Assembly: GCA_965248755.1 (NCBI GenBank)
Contig: OZ252149.1
Location: 1,024,001-1,088,000, forward strand
Length of the DNA stretch: 64,000 nucleotides
Reading direction: 5' to 3'
Source: Candidatus Latescibacterota bacterium
GTDB taxonomy: Bacteria; Latescibacterota; CBDEFO01
A model generated the notes under the pieces. It searched no databases, was not told the DNA's origin, and saw only the letters and a program-made list of their open reading frames with translations. Position 1 is the first letter of the stretch, and each line of letters opens with the position of its first letter. The position numbers were made by a program, and so were the translations under genes. Below are positions 60,057-64,000 of this stretch, piece after piece.

Positions 60057-61682
60057 CCGACATTCCCCATATCACATTCATGAGGGATTATATTTCGATA
60101 CATTCTTGTTTCTGAATTAATATTACCACTTTTACATTTTTCAACAAGTACTTTTTTCAATTAAAATAGTATTTTCCTCTGAATTATCACTTTCTTTGTG
60201 TTTAAATCCTCCAATTAGAGACACCTCTCCATCGACTCACAAAAAAATGTGGCAGTTTAAACAGAATAACATCGCAATCGTTCAATCCGGGATAATATTT
60301 CGGCAAATAACCTCTTGTCTATCCCAACCTCAGCCATTTGAAACGTAATATATCCGCTGTGTCTGACAATCTTCGCTCCGATTTTGATAAATTTCACGAG
60401 GAGGCTGCGTAGTGACCAGTGTTTGATTTTCTTCGGAAGAACAAAACGTCGCAGGAAGTTGCCCAAGTTGTAAGCCAGAACAAACAGCCAGAGCCTCACC
60501 TGATTGGAGACGAAACGCTTGCATGAGAGTCGGGTCCAGTTCAGAGCATACTTGCCCTCCTTAATCCACTGCTCAGCTCTGCCACGGCCATTGTAGAAGT
60601 GTACCACGCCTTCTGGCTTGGCGCTCATGTTGGTCACGATAAATCCCACTCTTGGGAATAACTCCCCTTGGTGCCATTCAACCTTGGCGACCACTCGCCT
60701 CGATTGATCCCAACTGGCCGCTTTATATTGAAATTCATATAACGATACAATCGGTTTCCTCGGCGGTCGTCCAACTGGCCGAGTCAGCAGGTATCGTATC
60801 TTTTCATAGAGTATCTCATTTGCGGGAAGCCGAATGGCATACAAATAGCCGTTTCCCTCCAGATAATCATAAATCTCAGGCTTTGCGAATGCAGCATCGC
60901 CTCGAAAGTATTTCCTATTCTTCTTGCTCTCGTATCTCTTGACGATCGGTTCCAGAACTTCCTTCCAACGATCAGCACTGTGAACATTACCAGAGCGAAG
61001 TAGGACTCCTTCACAATCCCCGAACTGATTGAAGCAGAACACTGGATGAAAACAGGTACATCCGAAATGACCGTTGTAAGCTGATCCTTCCTGCTGGCCA
61101 TGTACCGGACTCTCCGAACTGTCCATGTCCAGAATGATTCGTTGATGCTGTGTTTTACTCATCGCTTTTTGAACCCACTTGCCATTGATATCTGACAAGT
61201 TTCTGAGATTGTCATGCTGAGTCAGTATATCAGTTTCAAAACGTCCTATCGTGTTGGAGCTGGCAGCTTGCCTGCCTTTGTCCTTCTTTCCGGTAATCGC
61301 TCGCATGACGGGATCAACGGATAATCGCTCGGCGTCATTTACATCTTCATATCCTGCAAGACGGCTGTATATCGATTGACGCAGGAGAGTAGATATATCA
61401 TGTTGGATATTACGGCCTGTGCGTTTATCGGTAAAAACCGCTGATACCGAATCAAATAATCCCAGTGCGTAATCAAGGTCACGATACGCAAGAAGTCCAC
61501 CGTTTGATGTCACCTTTGCACCATGAAATTCAAGCTTTATTCCTCCATCAAAACCTACTTTGATTCTTTCACCCTCTGGATGATCAATATTTATCCGCCA
61601 TTTATGAGTCTTATTTATTGTAATATAACATGTTCTGGCGACTTTGACAACCATTTTTCGGGTCTAATATGGCGAATGGGGG
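60057..61682 (-). mobile_element. IS1380 family element, copy 2 (1626 bp)
   Basis: Reverse complement of copy 1; flanked by TATAT duplication. Confidence 0.95.
60257..61654 (-). CDS. IS1380 family transposase
   Basis: Identical to copy 1 except ERMK to ERIK. Confidence 0.93.
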   Translation of the reverse strand: MVVKVARTCYITINKTHKWRINIDHPEGERIKVGFDGGIKLEFHGAKVTSNGGLLAYRDLDYALGLFDSVSAVFTDKRTGRNIQHDISTLLRQSIYSRLAGYEDVNDAERLSVDPVMRAITGKKDKGRQAASSNTIGRFETDILTQHDNLRNLSDINGKWVQKAMSKTQHQRIILDMDSSESPVHGQQEGSAYNGHFGCTCFHPVFCFNQFGDCEGVLLRSGNVHSADRWKEVLEPIVKRYESKKNRKYFRGDAAFAKPEIYDYLEGNGYLYAIRLPANEILYEKIRYLLTRPVGRPPRKPIVSLYEFQYKAASWDQSRRVVAKVEWHQGELFPRVGFIVTNMSAKPEGVVHFYNGRGRAEQWIKEGKYALNWTRLSCKRFVSNQVRLWLFVLAYNLGNFLRRFVLPKKIKHWSLRSLLVKFIKIGAKIVRHSGYITFQMAEVGIDKRLFAEILSRIERLRCYSV

Positions 61683-61749
61683 TATATACGATATAATTGT
61701 CGTACTTGCCGAACCGAGTTGAACCGACACAAGTGGCTTGTGTACACAG

Positions 61750-61915
61750 AGTGAGCGTTCCAGATGGGATAATGCTATAGAACCGTCCGATCCTTCAGGA
61801 ACTGGCTAATATGTCAGCAACGACGAGGAAGATATTCTCCAGATTCCTGAAGAGATTAGAACGTCAGGGCTTTATCGCAACTTGAGGGAAGAATGTAGTA
61901 ATACCTGAAGAATAG
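61750..61915 (+). pseudogene. CRP/FNR HTH domain remnant
   Basis: QELANMSATTRKIFSRFLKRLERQGFI with in-frame stops. Confidence 0.6.
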
Positions 61916-62119
61916 GGATACCAAAGTAAGATTTAGCTCTTGAACTTGAAAAGTCTTTTGTATATCGCAGTTGAATAACATATTGAAAGTTTTAGTAGTG
62001 AAGCGTGACAGACACGTGAGGAGGTCAATATTTTCAAAAGTTGAGGAGATGGTTTAGTAGATTTTCCCATCCTAGATGAGAAAATGGTACAAGTCTCTTC
62101 TCTCAAACTGGAGGTACAT

Positions 62120-62548
62120 GTGAACGACATGGCGGAATTCTTGCGAGCTACAGATATAGGCCGAGGCCTGAACGATGAAGAAGCGGAGAAGCTAGCAGGA
62201 CTCGCAAGGGAAGTGGAATACACTGCGGGCGAAAAACTCTTCGCACAGGGAGATCTAAATGACGCCCTCTTTATTGTTAGATCAGGGGCTGTGGACATAG
62301 ATATAACTAGAGGCGAAAGCATGAAGCTTGTGATTTCAATGCACCACGGGGATATGTTCGGAGATATGGCGTTCGTAGACACCCGACCCCGCAGTGGCGA
62401 AGCAAAAGCCGCTGTGGACTCCCAGATCCTTGTATTCAGTAAGGAAGAATACGACAAATTCGCCGAAGAGGAGCCACAGACCGGACGTAAAGTGATGACA
62501 AACATAGCAAGAATCCTGTCCTCAAGAATCAGATCTATGGACAATTGA
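62120..62548 (+). CDS. Cyclic nucleotide-binding domain protein
   Basis: LFAQGD, SGAVDI, GDMFGDMA, PRSG; GTG start with GGAGG. Confidence 0.88.
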   Translation: MNDMAEFLRATDIGRGLNDEEAEKLAGLAREVEYTAGEKLFAQGDLNDALFIVRSGAVDIDITRGESMKLVISMHHGDMFGDMAFVDTRPRSGEAKAAVDSQILVFSKEEYDKFAEEEPQTGRKVMTNIARILSSRIRSMDN

Positions 62549-63221
62549 ATACGTGATAAACCAGACTGTGTCACGGAAGCAATAGGAGAGGTTGATGACG
62601 CTGAAAGCTACAGATGGAGCCCGAAAAAGTATTGTTCTTTGTGACTTGAATGAACGCTATGCTGAGTTGTTGAAGTCTAACCGCGAGTCATTTCTTACCC
62701 CAAGCAAGTAACATAGGTAGAACCTTCGAGCGGTGTTTGAGTTTCTCAGTACCAAGAAAGATGGTAGTTGAATCCAGCCTAAACCGTGGAGGCTCTATCG
62801 CAATTCCGTATCCCTAGCTCAGAGTTGACAGAGGACGTTGGAAGACGTCAAGTGTTTCTCTCACGCCAACTGGAAATGTAAGTTAGTGATTTCCCGTGGC
62901 CGGGCGCCTCAAGTGTTATGGCTTCACCGGCTACCCTCAGAAGGTTTTGAAGACCCCTCCCATTGGCTATCGTCACGGAACGGATACCGAGGGCAATTGT
63001 GAAGCTCCCAGCAAACGAGCTATGACGAAAGGTAAGAGCCGAGCCCCTCGGGTGAACCTCCTCACAATGACACCTTCTGCCATCTGTCATTGCGAGAAAA
63101 GCGAAGCAATCTCGGTTTTGAGTATACATAATGCAGGAGCTAGGTTCACTCGCCCAGTAGTCAGCAGCTAGGTAGGGCCACTACTCAAACGGGGCATATA
63201 GTAGCACAAGGCGAAGAGAAA

Positions 63222-63424
63222 GATGTCCTTCAATGAGATCACGGGGAAGGAGGCGTTTACGGGCGGGCTCTTTTTAGGTGTTAGTGGATCTCTGGCGGGA
63301 GGATGTACTATGGGCCACGCTTTGTAGGCCTGCCCCTCCTATCCCTGGGTAGCACAGTCAACACAGTCTTTGTCATCCTGGGAAGCTGGACCGTGGGATA
63401 TTTCGAGATGAAAAATAGTAGATA
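63222..63424 (+). pseudogene. YeeE/YedE family C-terminal fragment
   Basis: GGLFLGVSGSLAGGCTMGH, frameshift, GLPLLSLGS. Confidence 0.6.
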
Positions 63425-63530
63425 AAAAGATAAGTTCTGATAAATGCAAGGGCAAAGTACCCCGCCCGATCGGACAGCTTATATTATCTGTGTCCGAAAA
63501 GGGGTATAAAGTTCAGTCATCGTTGTCAAT

Positions 63531-63563
63531 TGGTGGAGCTGAGGAGGATTGAACCCGTGACCT
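63531..63563 (-). other. Degenerate 3' fragment of tRNA-Ala (possible att scar)
   Basis: AGGTCACGGGTTCAATCCTCCTCAGCTCCACCA; no 5' half. Confidence 0.6.
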
Positions 63564-64000
63564 ATTGTCCCTCAGGCTGCTCAGGGCTTTCCTTCCTGTT
63601 TAGTGTTATTCTGTCATGTTCCATCCTGTTACAGTAGAGATCTGGTAGAAACTAGTGGAAAAAGCAAGGTCAAAATTGCCTTGCATCTGCTCCGATTCCT
63701 TTGCAAAATTAGTGCGCGGTTAAACAAAACAATTGAGGGTGTAGGAGCTGGCTTGTCCGAACCACTTTTTGCAGGCTACGGACACTATTTGGACACCAGC
63801 GGTGGTAACTATGTTACAAGGCCTGTGCTTCATTGTCAAGAGTAGGATTTTGTTGCGAGCCATTCACCGCACAATTTGATTGACATCCGCCGTCTTATTT
63901 TGTATCTTCCCACCAAATTGATCGATATCTTCACTTGGGATCTTTCCTCTCGAACATAAGCTCACCCTGCGATAGATTCACTATATAGTCTGTCGCAGAA

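Noticed and set aside
62590..63065. Possible TnpB/IS605 remnant with right-end-like sequence
   Set aside because: Too degenerate to support without a profile search
1..64000. CRISPR array, rRNA or intact tRNA
   Set aside because: No regularly spaced repeat-spacer array or complete RNA gene seen

Overview
Bacterial chromosomal segment. An FCB-group candidate-phylum origin (e.g. Latescibacterota-like) is inferred only from gene content: a PorU-like C25 protein and a PVM-like microcompartment. Housekeeping genes include hrcA-grpE-dnaJ-prmA-rsmE-HIT with a CIRCE but no dnaK, smc, mutS2, hflKC, coaE and tpiA. Accessory content: (i) a minimal bacterial microcompartment operon (2 BMC-H, 3 BMC-P plus a remnant, aldehyde dehydrogenase, class II aldolase) interleaved with membrane and lipoprotein genes; (ii) a CsoR-like-regulated envelope metal operon with two outer-membrane barrels, two exported HMA proteins, a MerT-like ORF with an in-frame TGA (probable selenocysteine, CU motif plus SECIS-like hairpin) and an NHL propeller, but no MerA or P-type ATPase; (iii) a 30-bp palindromic element lying in frame inside smc, mutS2 and a peptidase gene; (iv) two tandem small hydrophobic peptide genes missed by the ORF track; (v) a GC-rich SucCD-like ligase plus CitE-type lyase cassette; (vi) two near-identical inverted IS1380 copies, one splitting a duplicated DUF4159 gene; (vii) several remnants (recG, DUF3179, cupin, CRP, YeeE, tRNA-Ala 3' end). 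Several frameshifts look like homopolymer sequencing errors. Family assignments come from motif recognition only; no searches were run.
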